The position numbers were made by a program, and so were the translations under genes. DNA of 64,000 bases from NCBI GenBank assembly GCA_027001995.1, contig JALTLO010000023.1, forward strand, positions 19,156 to 83,155, written 5' to 3'. This DNA comes from Planctomycetota bacterium (GTDB taxonomy: Bacteria > Planctomycetota > GCA-002687715 > DRQF01). Positions 36,901-46,408 of the stretch are shown here, piece after piece; position 1 is the stretch's first letter, and each line of letters starts with the position of its first letter. Under the pieces are notes generated by a model. The model was not told where the DNA came from. It saw only the letters and a list, made by a program, of their open reading frames with translations, and ran no database searches.

Positions 36901-39900
36901 TTGGCGGAACCAAGACGATTTTTGTTCACGGGGGGCGGCACCGGCGGACATGTGGTCCCAAACGTGGCCGTTGTACGTGCCATCAAAGACAAAGAAACGG
37001 AAAGCCAGTTTCTTTACCTGGGAACGAACCGAGGCCCTGAACGAGAAATCGTTGAGAAAGCCAAGGTCACATTCAAAGGAATTGAAGCCCGACCCTTTGC
37101 CTCTCCTCGCAACCCCCGGGTGTTTATTCGTTTCCTTTGGGCTCTTGCCTGGGGGTTCTTGCAATCCATTTTTCATATCATTCGTTTTCGCCCCCATGTT
37201 GTCATTGCCACCGGTGGTTACGTCTCCGTCCCACCTGTGCTAGCCGCTGCGATTCTCCGACGCCCAATTTTCCTACACGAACAAAACGCCCGTCCTGGCA
37301 AAGCCAACATTTTCTTAGCCCGCTTTGCCACCAGTATTGGAGTTAGTTTCGAAGAGACTCTACCTTGGTTTCCGGCGACAAAGACCATTCTCACTGGCTA
37401 CCCTGTACGCCAAAGAATTGCCGCTGGCAATGGGGCCAATGCCCGAGAACGATTGCGCATTGCCAAGGACGCCAAGGTTGCCTTTGTTTTGGGTGGGTCC
37501 ATGGGGGCTCGGTCCATCAATCGGGCCACCGTCGAAGGACTCTCTCGGCTCTTGGATGACGACAACATCACTATCATTCACAGCACTGGCTTGACGGCGA
37601 CCGGCTACTACCACGCATGGAATGACACCAACGACAAACTCAACTCCGTGCCTGTGGCAGAAGACAATCGTAGCCGCTATATCTTGCGCCGCTACTTTGA
37701 TCAGATCGAAGACGCTTATGCCGCCAGCGACTTGGTCGTAGCACGAGCTGGTGCTGGGGTCCTGATGGAATTAGCCACCCTTGGCAAACCCGCCCTTCTC
37801 ATTCCGAAGAGTGATGGCGTCGACAACCATCAACTCGTCAACGCCCTCACCATGAAGAATCATGGTTCGGCGGAAGTCATGTTTGAAGAAATCTACGAGT
37901 CAAAGGAAGGGCCTATCACCCGGGTTCACGGGGACCAGTTAGCGCGCAAAGTTAACGAGTTACTCTACGACCCCGAACGTCTCAGTGCCATGTCGCGCTC
38001 AGCCCAGAACTTTGTCATTCCCAATGCCGGTATTGAGAACGCCAAGCTTGCCATCAACTTGGCCCACAAGAAACGACACTTGGTAAACACGACATCTCAA
38101 GTCTTGGTGGGCGAGTTAACGAATACCGACGGCAAGAAAGAAGAGCTTTTCTTCCCGGTGACCACCCTGGGTCATTCTGCAAGCAGCGACATTCACTTGG
38201 CCAATAAAGGACGCCGAGACCGTGCCCTGATTAGAAGAAGTGGCAACTCACGAAGGAACACCACCTACTCCATTATCCCCCGCAAAGGGCGCATAGCCGT
38301 GGATGACAAAGTGATTGATGAGATCACAACTCTCCAGGCGGGACAAACACTCAAAGTAGGCGACAACGTCTTCACCTTTAACGCCCGCATCGAATCACGA
38401 GAACAGAGCCCCCGCAGTGGCCGCGTCTTAGCAAGCGTCTTGGTGACTGGATTTGGCACTCTCTTATCACGAGTTTTCGGTTTGGGCCGGGAAGTCGTTC
38501 TGGCTTCGACGTTCGGAGCTGGTCGTGTGATGGATATTGTGGTGGCCTGCCTCACAGCCTCCAATTTATTTCGCCGAATCTTCGCTGAAAACGCTGTGGA
38601 TAGCGCCTTCTTGCCCACCTTTGTCATGCTTTACCGAGGGGGCAAAAAAAAGGAAGCGATTCGTCTCTTCCGAACCGTTCTGACAACATCCACTGGCATC
38701 ACTGTGGCTCTCGTTATCCTAGCAGCAGTGACTGTTCCATGGTGGCTACCAGTGATTGTTCCCGGATTCGCCGCCAAAGGGTTCTTGCCAGATGCCATCA
38801 AGCTAACCCGAATTATGCTGCCGTACCTAACGCTCATCACTGTTGCCAGTGTTCTTGGCGCAGTGCTAAAAGCATTTGGTCGATTCGCTGCTCCAGCTTA
38901 TGCCTCAGTCATGTACTCGATTGGCATCATGTGCGGTGCCTTCCTTTATCAAACCATGGGCATTGCTGGCATGGGTATTGGCCTCCTCTTGGGTGGTTTG
39001 GGCCAAGTCTTGATGCACCTGCCACCTTTGCTGTCAAAGAGTTTTCGCCGTCGTACGGGTTTGGAGTTTGCTCCGGCTTTGGCCGTCAATGAACCCGGCA
39101 TGCGCAAGGTGCGTTCAACGGCGCCAAAGATCGTCGCCGATGTCACGATCACCAAGGTGGGCTCCGTCGTTGATTTAGCCATTGTTTCGACCTTGGCGAC
39201 AGGCTCTGTCTCGGCCCTCTATTTTGGTTTGCTTTTGTTCCAGCTGCCTTTTGCTTTGATTTCCCAATCAATCAACACGGTGGCACTCAAAGAATACGCC
39301 GAGAGTTTTGCTTCTCGTGATCAAGACGCTTGCCGTCGTATCGTGACCACCGGCATCAACTGGAATTTGTTTCTCCTCCTGCCCACGACGGCATTCCTCA
39401 TCATTTTGGCCCACCCAACCGTCAACCTCTTACTCAACTACGGTGTCTTCCGTGTGCAAGACACCAAGTCGGTGTCCATGGCTCTTTCTTGCTATGCCAT
39501 TGGTTTGGTGGGCTGGGGCCTGCAAGGTTTGATGGGTCGTTTCTATGCCGCCCGCCTCGAGTTGGGTCAAGCAGTCATCATCAACATGTGTGCTATCGCC
39601 CTCAATATCGTGCTGTCGGTCGGCTTGGTGTTCTTGGGCTTTGGTATTGCTGGAGTTGCCATCGGCACTTCGATCTCCTTCTTGGCCAATGGTGCTTTCC
39701 GGGTTTGGCACATGCGCAAGAATATGCGGGCCAGCGGAGGTGGATTTGAGTTTGCCGACATTCTGCCTTCCGCCCAAAGAGCCACATTGGCCACGTTGGG
39801 CGCAGCGGCCATTTGCTTCTTGACCTTGCAAACCGTCCAAGGTTTCGATGCCCTCCCCACCCTACTCTCAAGGTTCTTGGTGTTTTCCATACCCGCCATT

Positions 39901-40800
39901 GTGGGGACCTTTTCCTATCTCATTTTGGCTTGGGCCATTCGCTCACCAGAGATGGACGACGTCATTGCCAGAATTCGGCGACAGATTCCTCAATCGCCAC
40001 CACCGGAACAGACAGAAGTACCACTCAATGTTTATTGTCTTCGCCCCCAGGAACTACTCGATGTAGCAATCAAAAACCCCAAGAGTGTCAGGGACGCAAA
40101 CCTCACCGGTCGCGTGAGGGGTTTCTTGGGTCGAGAAAACTGGAAACAACGAAACATCGGCGTCAAGTTGGTTGGCTTGCTAAAAATTCGCTCGCTGAAG
40201 TATAGCTTGGTGAATATCGTGCGATCGAGGAAACCAGCTCCCCTCATACACCGCCTTTTGCGGGGCGACTTTGAACACCCCGGCTTCGTGCGCAGAAACG
40301 CCGTACACAGTTTGCGCCAACTGGAGTCATTGGATTCCGATGTAGAACAGGCCTTGGTAGATGGTCTGAGTGATCCCTACTTCGAAGTCAGGACCGCTTC
40401 TTGCCAAGCCATTGCCTCTTACTCGAAAGAACTCAGCCCTGCGGTACGACGCTTATGCCAATGGCGTCTCAAACAGCTGGTGGCTGAGAAGAACTTCGAA
40501 GTCGCTCGAATGGCGGTTAAAGCTCTCGGCTCCGTGAGTTTGACGGCATCCGTTACCGAAACCCTTAAGACACTCCACTACCACGCCAATTGGCAAGTGC
40601 GCCATGCGGTGGTGCGGGCTTACTACGATCTTTACAAGAGGGGCATCGTGGAGGATCGCGAGTTCTTGACACAACAACTCGATGACATTCTCATCACCTG
40701 TGATTCGTTCACCCCAACATTTGAACTGAAAGAGTCAGTGCGCGACGCCCGTTCCCGCTTGATGAATGAAAACGACCGCGACACGGAGGAAACCAAGTGA
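36901..40800 (+). CDS. Fusion: MurG glycosyltransferase + FHA-like domain + MurJ/MviN flippase + HEAT repeats
   Basis: GGGTGGH, TGGYVS, HEQNARPGKAN, GGSMGA, RAGA..E (MurG); TTLGHS.SSDIHL...LQAGQTLKVG (FHA-like); GTLLSRVFGLGRE, NLFRRIFAENA...AFLP, QLPFALI, FYA (MurJ); LSDPYFEVRTASCQAI, NWQVRHAVVRA (HEAT). One continuous ORF with GGGAG RBS. Confidence 0.9.
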   Translation: MAEPRRFLFTGGGTGGHVVPNVAVVRAIKDKETESQFLYLGTNRGPEREIVEKAKVTFKGIEARPFASPRNPRVFIRFLWALAWGFLQSIFHIIRFRPHVVIATGGYVSVPPVLAAAILRRPIFLHEQNARPGKANIFLARFATSIGVSFEETLPWFPATKTILTGYPVRQRIAAGNGANARERLRIAKDAKVAFVLGGSMGARSINRATVEGLSRLLDDDNITIIHSTGLTATGYYHAWNDTNDKLNSVPVAEDNRSRYILRRYFDQIEDAYAASDLVVARAGAGVLMELATLGKPALLIPKSDGVDNHQLVNALTMKNHGSAEVMFEEIYESKEGPITRVHGDQLARKVNELLYDPERLSAMSRSAQNFVIPNAGIENAKLAINLAHKKRHLVNTTSQVLVGELTNTDGKKEELFFPVTTLGHSASSDIHLANKGRRDRALIRRSGNSRRNTTYSIIPRKGRIAVDDKVIDEITTLQAGQTLKVGDNVFTFNARIESREQSPRSGRVLASVLVTGFGTLLSRVFGLGREVVLASTFGAGRVMDIVVACLTASNLFRRIFAENAVDSAFLPTFVMLYRGGKKKEAIRLFRTVLTTSTGITVALVILAAVTVPWWLPVIVPGFAAKGFLPDAIKLTRIMLPYLTLITVASVLGAVLKAFGRFAAPAYASVMYSIGIMCGAFLYQTMGIAGMGIGLLLGGLGQVLMHLPPLLSKSFRRRTGLEFAPALAVNEPGMRKVRSTAPKIVADVTITKVGSVVDLAIVSTLATGSVSALYFGLLLFQLPFALISQSINTVALKEYAESFASRDQDACRRIVTTGINWNLFLLLPTTAFLIILAHPTVNLLLNYGVFRVQDTKSVSMALSCYAIGLVGWGLQGLMGRFYAARLELGQAVIINMCAIALNIVLSVGLVFLGFGIAGVAIGTSISFLANGAFRVWHMRKNMRASGGGFEFADILPSAQRATLATLGAAAICFLTLQTVQGFDALPTLLSRFLVFSIPAIVGTFSYLILAWAIRSPEMDDVIARIRRQIPQSPPPEQTEVPLNVYCLRPQELLDVAIKNPKSVRDANLTGRVRGFLGRENWKQRNIGVKLVGLLKIRSLKYSLVNIVRSRKPAPLIHRLLRGDFEHPGFVRRNAVHSLRQLESLDSDVEQALVDGLSDPYFEVRTASCQAIASYSKELSPAVRRLCQWRLKQLVAEKNFEVARMAVKALGSVSLTASVTETLKTLHYHANWQVRHAVVRAYYDLYKRGIVEDREFLTQQLDDILITCDSFTPTFELKESVRDARSRLMNENDRDTEETK

Positions 40801-41900
40801 TTCCCTGGATCTACGACCTCTTGGTTTCTCCTATGGGCCTGTGGCACATCGGAGGAATCCCAGTACTCTTGTCTTCTGTTGGAGCTTTCATTCTTTCTTT
40901 CTTGTTTGTCTTCTTAGCTGGGAGAAGCACGGCCGCATTCCTCTACCGTAAAGGCATTCGCGATCGTGTGCGCAACTACGACGCTTTCTTCGCCAAAAGC
41001 AAAACAGGCACCCCCACCATGGGAGGCGTCTTGATTGTCGGAGCCATTGCCGTAAGTGGCTTTATGTTTTGCGACCTCACCAGTGGCACCACGGGTTTAC
41101 TCATGCTAACTGTGCTCTGGTTTGGTGGCATTGGTGCCGTTGATGATCTTCTGAAAGTCCGCCATGGCTCCAGCGACGGTGGGCTCTCTCGAGGCGTTAA
41201 GATCTTCCTGCAAATTGGATTCGCAATCTTCTTTGCTGGGGTCTTGGTGTCGAAAGGTTGTTCGCCGTTTCCACCTGAGATTCGTACCACTCTCTTATTC
41301 CCCTTCCCCAGTGGAGCCATGATCGACTTGGGGCTTTTTTATCCCATTTTTGTCGCCTTCGTTGTTGTTGCAGTAGCCAATGCCATCAACTTTGCTGATG
41401 GGCTTGATGGCTTAGCTGTCTTGCCCAGCGGTTTGACAGCCGCAGTTTTTGCTTTCTTCGCTTATCTTTCTTGGAATGCCACATCGGCCAAAGTGTTTGA
41501 ATTCACCGCTACCGAGAACATCGTAGATGTGGTGGTTTTTGCTTCTGGAATCGTCGGGGCCTGTTTCGGATTTCTTTGGTTCAACGGCTATCCGGCTCAA
41601 ATGTTTATGGGCGATACCGGCTCCCAGGCATTGGGTGGAACTTTGGCGGCTGTAGCCATTCTTTCGAAGCAAGAATTGCTTTTCTTGGTGGCGGGAGGCA
41701 TCTTTGTCTTCGAGGCCTTTTCAGTTTTCCTCCAAGACTACATTGGCATTCGGCTCGTCGGGCGACGATTTTTCTTTCGGGCGCCCGCCCATCATAGCTT
41801 CCAGCACCAAGGTGTAGCGGAAACAAAGGTGGTGCTCCGCTTTTGGATTGTGTCTCTCCTGTGCGCCGTGCTCAGCGTAGCAACCCTTAAATTGCGATAG
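40797..41900 (+). CDS. mraY: Phospho-N-acetylmuramoyl-pentapeptide transferase
   Basis: KTGTPTMGG, VDD, NAINFADGLDGL, FMGDTGS, APAHH; GTGA overlap with the upstream fusion gene. Confidence 0.95.
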   Translation: MIPWIYDLLVSPMGLWHIGGIPVLLSSVGAFILSFLFVFLAGRSTAAFLYRKGIRDRVRNYDAFFAKSKTGTPTMGGVLIVGAIAVSGFMFCDLTSGTTGLLMLTVLWFGGIGAVDDLLKVRHGSSDGGLSRGVKIFLQIGFAIFFAGVLVSKGCSPFPPEIRTTLLFPFPSGAMIDLGLFYPIFVAFVVVAVANAINFADGLDGLAVLPSGLTAAVFAFFAYLSWNATSAKVFEFTATENIVDVVVFASGIVGACFGFLWFNGYPAQMFMGDTGSQALGGTLAAVAILSKQELLFLVAGGIFVFEAFSVFLQDYIGIRLVGRRFFFRAPAHHSFQHQGVAETKVVLRFWIVSLLCAVLSVATLKLR

Positions 41901-41925
41901 TCTTCGGCTTCCCAAGCAGACAATA

Positions 41926-42717
41926 ATGATAGATAGAGATGCCCCAGTTGCACAAACGGCGCTTGGGGGGCAAGATGATGCTATGCGAGTTAGTTTTACC
42001 GGACATGATACCGAACAGATTCAGCTTCTAGCCAAGCATGTAGGCTTGGATGTCGTAGAGGTTGAGGCGGAACCAGAAGTCATCATTACCTATGGCGGCG
42101 ACGGCACGCTTATTGGCACTGAAACCAATTACCCCGGTATCCCCAAGTTGCCCATGCGCGACCGGAAGAGTTGCGCCAAATGTCCAATTCACGAGGACGA
42201 AGCCGTCCTCAGGCGACTCTCAGAAGGTGCCCTGGAGAAGTCAGCTCTCAAGAAACTCTCAGCCACAACTCAGGGCAAAACCATCCTAGGTGTCAATGAT
42301 ATCCTCCTGCGAAATAGCGATTTGCGCAGTGCTGTCAGGTTTCAAGTCTACATCAACGACGAACCCGCCACGGACGAAATGATTGGGGATGGCATGGTGG
42401 TGGCCACCCCATTTGGCAGCTCCGCTTACTTCCGCAGCATCACCCACACCACCTTCCGGGGTGGCATTGGCCTGGCGTTCAGCAATTGCACGGAATTCCT
42501 TAACCACATGGTCCTCTTGCCGGACGATGTGGTCAGTATCAATATTATTCGTGGGCCCGCTCACCTCACGGCAGACAATACACCTAAAGTCTTAGAGGTT
42601 GCCTCGGGGGACACAATCGTTGTCAAGCGGGCGGATGAGGAAGCAGTGATATTGGGGTTAGATGGACTACGATGCCCTCTTTGCCAGTATGTGAGAGCAC
42701 CTCGGCGGCGATTCTAA
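41926..42717 (+). CDS. nadK: NAD(+) kinase
   Basis: GGDGT, GVND, GDGMVVATPFGSSAY motifs. Confidence 0.85.
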   Translation: MIDRDAPVAQTALGGQDDAMRVSFTGHDTEQIQLLAKHVGLDVVEVEAEPEVIITYGGDGTLIGTETNYPGIPKLPMRDRKSCAKCPIHEDEAVLRRLSEGALEKSALKKLSATTQGKTILGVNDILLRNSDLRSAVRFQVYINDEPATDEMIGDGMVVATPFGSSAYFRSITHTTFRGGIGLAFSNCTEFLNHMVLLPDDVVSINIIRGPAHLTADNTPKVLEVASGDTIVVKRADEEAVILGLDGLRCPLCQYVRAPRRRF

Positions 42718-42789
42718 TAGCCAGTCAGTGTTGAGGCTGCCTAAGCGGCCCACGGTGAAGATAAACTTCACCATGGGCCCTCTGAGGAC

Positions 42790-43182
42790 CTAGCTGGGAA
42801 CCCGGTTAACCCGGTGTTCGCTTTCTGCCAATAATTTTCGTGCCTCTTCATCCACAGGGGCCGTGGTGAGGACCCAACCCTTGATGGGCTTGGCTGGAAT
42901 CTCCTCAAAGAGCGCTTCGAGAACCAATTTGAACTTTTCAGCCTCTTTGACTGAGAATTTCGCCTTGCGTTCGAGAGGCCACAAACACCACGTTGCGGTG
43001 CGTGCCTTGGCAACGATGAGCTCATTATTGCCTTTGGCACCGAAATCCGCCGGCACCATCTCTTTGATTTCTGAGAATCGGGGCAACCGGACAACATCAC
43101 CTTCAATTTCGATAGGTGAGCCTTCTTTGAGTCGGCGGATGAGCTCTCGGCTATCTAAAAAACGCTTCACAAGGATCTCCAA
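42790..43182 (-). CDS. Hypothetical protein, weak restriction-endonuclease-like (Mrr_cat-type) C-terminus
   Basis: GWVLTTAPVDEEARKL resembles the terminal strand-helix of Mrr-like folds; no clear catalytic motif. Confidence 0.5.
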   Translation of the reverse strand: MEILVKRFLDSRELIRRLKEGSPIEIEGDVVRLPRFSEIKEMVPADFGAKGNNELIVAKARTATWCLWPLERKAKFSVKEAEKFKLVLEALFEEIPAKPIKGWVLTTAPVDEEARKLLAESEHRVNRVPS

Positions 43183-43232
43183 AAGGGTCTTCTATGGCCC
43201 TAATAAGCACAAATAGCCGTGTTTTGTCAAGC

Positions 43233-44378
43233 TCAGGCCACAGAACCGAGGGCTTGTTCAAGATCAGCGATAAGATCTTCGATATTCTCGACACCAACTG
43301 AGAGGCGAACAAAATTGTCAGTGATTCCTAAGGCTGCTCGAACGTCCTCAGGGACGGAAGCATGGGTCATAATTGCCGGGTGTTCCAGGAGGGATTCCAC
43401 TCCTCCCAGGCTCTCTGCCAAGAAGAAGAGCTTGGTGGAAGCGCAGAATTTTTTGGCTGCGGCTAAGTCACCGGCCAAACGAACAGACACCATGCCGCCA
43501 AAGCCATGACCTTGCTTTTTTTGGATTTCATGGCCGTCGTGGTTGGCCAAACCAGGATAGATAACTTCCTCAACGGCTTTGTGATTGCTGAGATATTCAG
43601 CAACCGCCATGGCATTCTCATTGTGGCGCTGCATGCGCAAACCAAGAGTTTTGAGGCCACGAAGGGTGAGCCAGGCGTCAAAGGGGCCCATCACTGCACC
43701 CATGGCGTTTTGGGCAAACTTCAGTTTCTCGCTGACTTCAGGGTGGCTGGTGCAGACAACCCCTCCCACCACATCGGAATGCCCCCCGAGATACTTTGTA
43801 CTGCTGTGCATCACCAAGTCCGCCCCCAAATCCAGAGGACGCTGGTTGTAAGGACTCATAAAAGTATTGTCCACACCCAGCAAGACACCCTTGTCTTGGC
43901 AAATTGCAGATATGGCCTGGATATCGCTGATCTTGAGCATCGGGTTGGTCGGTGTTTCCAACCAAACCAACTTTGTTTCCCCATTGACCGCATTGGCCAC
44001 CGCATCCAAGTCCGTGGTGTCGACATAGCTGTAATTCAGGCCGAAATCCCGAAAAACCTGTTCGAAGACACGGAAGGTGCCCCCATAGAGATCATCCCCG
44101 GCTACAATATGGTCCCCCACCTTAAACATCGTCATGATGGTGGAGATTGCCGCCATTCCTGAACCAAAAGCATAGGCATCGTTGGCATTCTCAAGAGATG
44201 CAATGCAGGCCTGATAGGCATCTCGAGTGGGATTGCTGGTGCGGGTGTACTCATGACCCTTGTGCTTGCCAACCTCTGGTTGAGCATAGGTGCTCGTTTG
44301 GAAAATCGGCACAACCACGGCACCTGTCGTCTCTTCTGGCTCTTGGCCAACATGGATGGATTTTGTATTGAAGTGCAT
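43233..44378 (-). CDS. Cystathionine gamma-lyase/synthase (Cys/Met PLP enzyme)
   Basis: YTRTSNPTR, SGMAAI, ETPTNP, DNTF, SSTKYLGGHSD (PLP Lys), ESLGGVESL. Confidence 0.93.
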   Translation of the reverse strand: MHFNTKSIHVGQEPEETTGAVVVPIFQTSTYAQPEVGKHKGHEYTRTSNPTRDAYQACIASLENANDAYAFGSGMAAISTIMTMFKVGDHIVAGDDLYGGTFRVFEQVFRDFGLNYSYVDTTDLDAVANAVNGETKLVWLETPTNPMLKISDIQAISAICQDKGVLLGVDNTFMSPYNQRPLDLGADLVMHSSTKYLGGHSDVVGGVVCTSHPEVSEKLKFAQNAMGAVMGPFDAWLTLRGLKTLGLRMQRHNENAMAVAEYLSNHKAVEEVIYPGLANHDGHEIQKKQGHGFGGMVSVRLAGDLAAAKKFCASTKLFFLAESLGGVESLLEHPAIMTHASVPEDVRAALGITDNFVRLSVGVENIEDLIADLEQALGSVA

Positions 44379-44586
44379 AAAGGGTCCTTTCAGGTTGGAC
44401 CATTCTATGGTCCAGCTCTGAGCCTCCCAAGATGGGATTTAGCTGCCCTTTCCCCTCATCATTCACGATGGCCCAGCAGTCCCTGTCTGGAAAATGGGTT
44501 TGTCGCCCAGGATCAGAATACGGGATGGGTTGCGTGGAGAGGACGAGAGCTTTATCTTGGATCTACACAAAGGGGACTAATGAGAT

Positions 44587-45687
44587 ATGACCGAAGAACG
44601 ATTCCAATATGATGACTGTGGTGTGGACACCAATCGAGCCCAGGACGCCCTTGGCTTGCTCTCTGGGTCCATCAATCAGACTCTCAAACTTCGAGATGGA
44701 ATGAGTTTCGGCAAGCCCGCCATTGGGTTGGGTTACTATGCCAACGTTTGCCAACTCCCCGGAGGGCAGGGTTTGGCAATCTCAACGGACGGTGTGGGCA
44801 CAAAAATCATCGTGGCTGAGTTGGCTGGACGCTACGACACAGTCCCCATCGATATGATCGCAATGAATGTCAACGATCTTCTCTGTGTCGGGGCGGAACC
44901 TTTTGCCCTGGTTGATTACCTCGCTGTTGGAGAAATTGATCCAGCAGTCTTCAATGAAATTGGCATGGGGCTTTTGGAAGGCGCAAAACTCAGCAACGTG
45001 ACAATTCCAGGAGGGGAAATTGCTCAAGTAAAAGAACTCATTCGCGGCCATGGCGATAGTTCCGGGTTGGACATCGTTGGCACCGCTGTGGGCTTGGTGG
45101 ATTGGGACAAGATCAACCTAGGGCAAGACGTAGAAGCTGACGATGTGGTCGTTGCCTTGGGAGCAAGCGGCCTTCACTCAAACGGATTCTCTTTGGCACG
45201 AAGCGTGTTAGTGGACCGGGCTGGCCTTAAACTTGACGAGGTGGTGCCGGAATTGGGATGCACCTTGGCAGATGAGCTACTAAAACCGACTCATATCTAC
45301 GTGAAACCAATCCTTGCCATGAGGGATGCTGGCCTACCACTCCATGCACTACTTCACATCACCGGCGATGGTTTTTGCAATATGAATAGGATCCGCGCTG
45401 ATGTTGGTTTTGACTTAGACAACCTTCCAGAGCCAGGTCCCATCTACAAGTTGATCCAAGCCAAGGGCCAAATAAGCGAGGCGGAAATGTACTCGGTCTT
45501 TAACATGGGTGTTGGTTTCTGTGTTGTAACCCCAAAGGCTGCTGCCGATGAGATCATGGCTGTGGCGGCCTCTCATGGTTTCACTGCCCAAGTTATTGGT
45601 CGGGCCACTGCTGAGCACCCCAACATCGTGAGGCTCTGTGAGCAAGGCCTTGTCGGTGGCAAGGATAGGCTTTCGCCGGAAGCTTAG
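44587..45687 (+). CDS. purM: Phosphoribosylformylglycinamidine cyclo-ligase (AIR synthase)
   Basis: STDGVGTK, AMNVND, SGLHSNGFSLAR, HITGDG, FNMGVG. Confidence 0.95.
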   Translation: MTEERFQYDDCGVDTNRAQDALGLLSGSINQTLKLRDGMSFGKPAIGLGYYANVCQLPGGQGLAISTDGVGTKIIVAELAGRYDTVPIDMIAMNVNDLLCVGAEPFALVDYLAVGEIDPAVFNEIGMGLLEGAKLSNVTIPGGEIAQVKELIRGHGDSSGLDIVGTAVGLVDWDKINLGQDVEADDVVVALGASGLHSNGFSLARSVLVDRAGLKLDEVVPELGCTLADELLKPTHIYVKPILAMRDAGLPLHALLHITGDGFCNMNRIRADVGFDLDNLPEPGPIYKLIQAKGQISEAEMYSVFNMGVGFCVVTPKAAADEIMAVAASHGFTAQVIGRATAEHPNIVRLCEQGLVGGKDRLSPEA

Positions 45688-45702
45688 GAGGCTCGGGGCG
45701 AA

Positions 45703-46389
45703 ATGACCTCACCTGTGCCAAACTCCAAAAAATTGCTCCCGTGGTGCTCTCAGGCCCTGGGGCTATGTTTCATGTTGGTTTTAGGGGCATGCACAGGAAT
45801 TCCATCTGGCCCAATCGACCTCAACAATAGCTCCTATGAAAGCCCAAGATTCAAAGTCGATCATCCTGCCTGGGGCTCCCTTGCGGTTCGTTTTGTGCGG
45901 GATTCTCGTCCAGGTTGGGAGCTTGGGTTTCACAACTACCTCAAGGAGAGTTACTATTCTGACGAACTCTTTGACCTGCCCGTTCCCGTGGTTCTCAAGC
46001 GCATTATCTTGCGAGAAGCTCAAGCTGTTGGCTCCTTCACCCCAAGCCAAGAGAAACTCGAGAGCAAGTATTTGGCAGAACTCACCCTTCGACACTTCTA
46101 CATTCGCACCGATCGAAACCTCTTAGACCTCATCCCCATTCTGCCAACGACAAAAGTCAGCGCCGTCGTGGACTTCGACATCAAACTCATCGACCAAGAT
46201 GGACGGCTCTTTCTGCAGAAGAATTATAGCTCAACAGATCCGTTGCGAGCCAAGAAGCTTGGGGAACTCTCCGGCCCTGGGGTAGATCAATTGTTAACAA
46301 TCATGACCGCCTTGATCGCCGAGCTGGTGCAAGACATGGACCAAGCGGTTCCCAAGTTTTGGGCCGAGCTTGGCCTCCCAGTCCAATAA
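45703..46389 (+). CDS. Hypothetical lipoprotein
   Basis: Lipobox LGAC; AGGAGG RBS. Confidence 0.65.
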   Translation: MTSPVPNSKKLLPWCSQALGLCFMLVLGACTGIPSGPIDLNNSSYESPRFKVDHPAWGSLAVRFVRDSRPGWELGFHNYLKESYYSDELFDLPVPVVLKRIILREAQAVGSFTPSQEKLESKYLAELTLRHFYIRTDRNLLDLIPILPTTKVSAVVDFDIKLIDQDGRLFLQKNYSSTDPLRAKKLGELSGPGVDQLLTIMTALIAELVQDMDQAVPKFWAELGLPVQ

Positions 46390-46408
46390 TTTCGCTAAGC
46401 GTAATCGA

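Noticed and set aside
36533..37243. 236-aa (+) and 194-aa (-) ORFs over the murG start
   Set aside because: Overlap the well-supported MurG domain in other frames; no recognisable features
44379..44586. Possible SAM riboswitch or T-box upstream of the Cys/Met PLP enzyme
   Set aside because: Only a simple hairpin (TTGGACCAT/ATGGTCCAG); no SAM-I core (ATCAAGAG...GGTGCC) or T-box sequence visible
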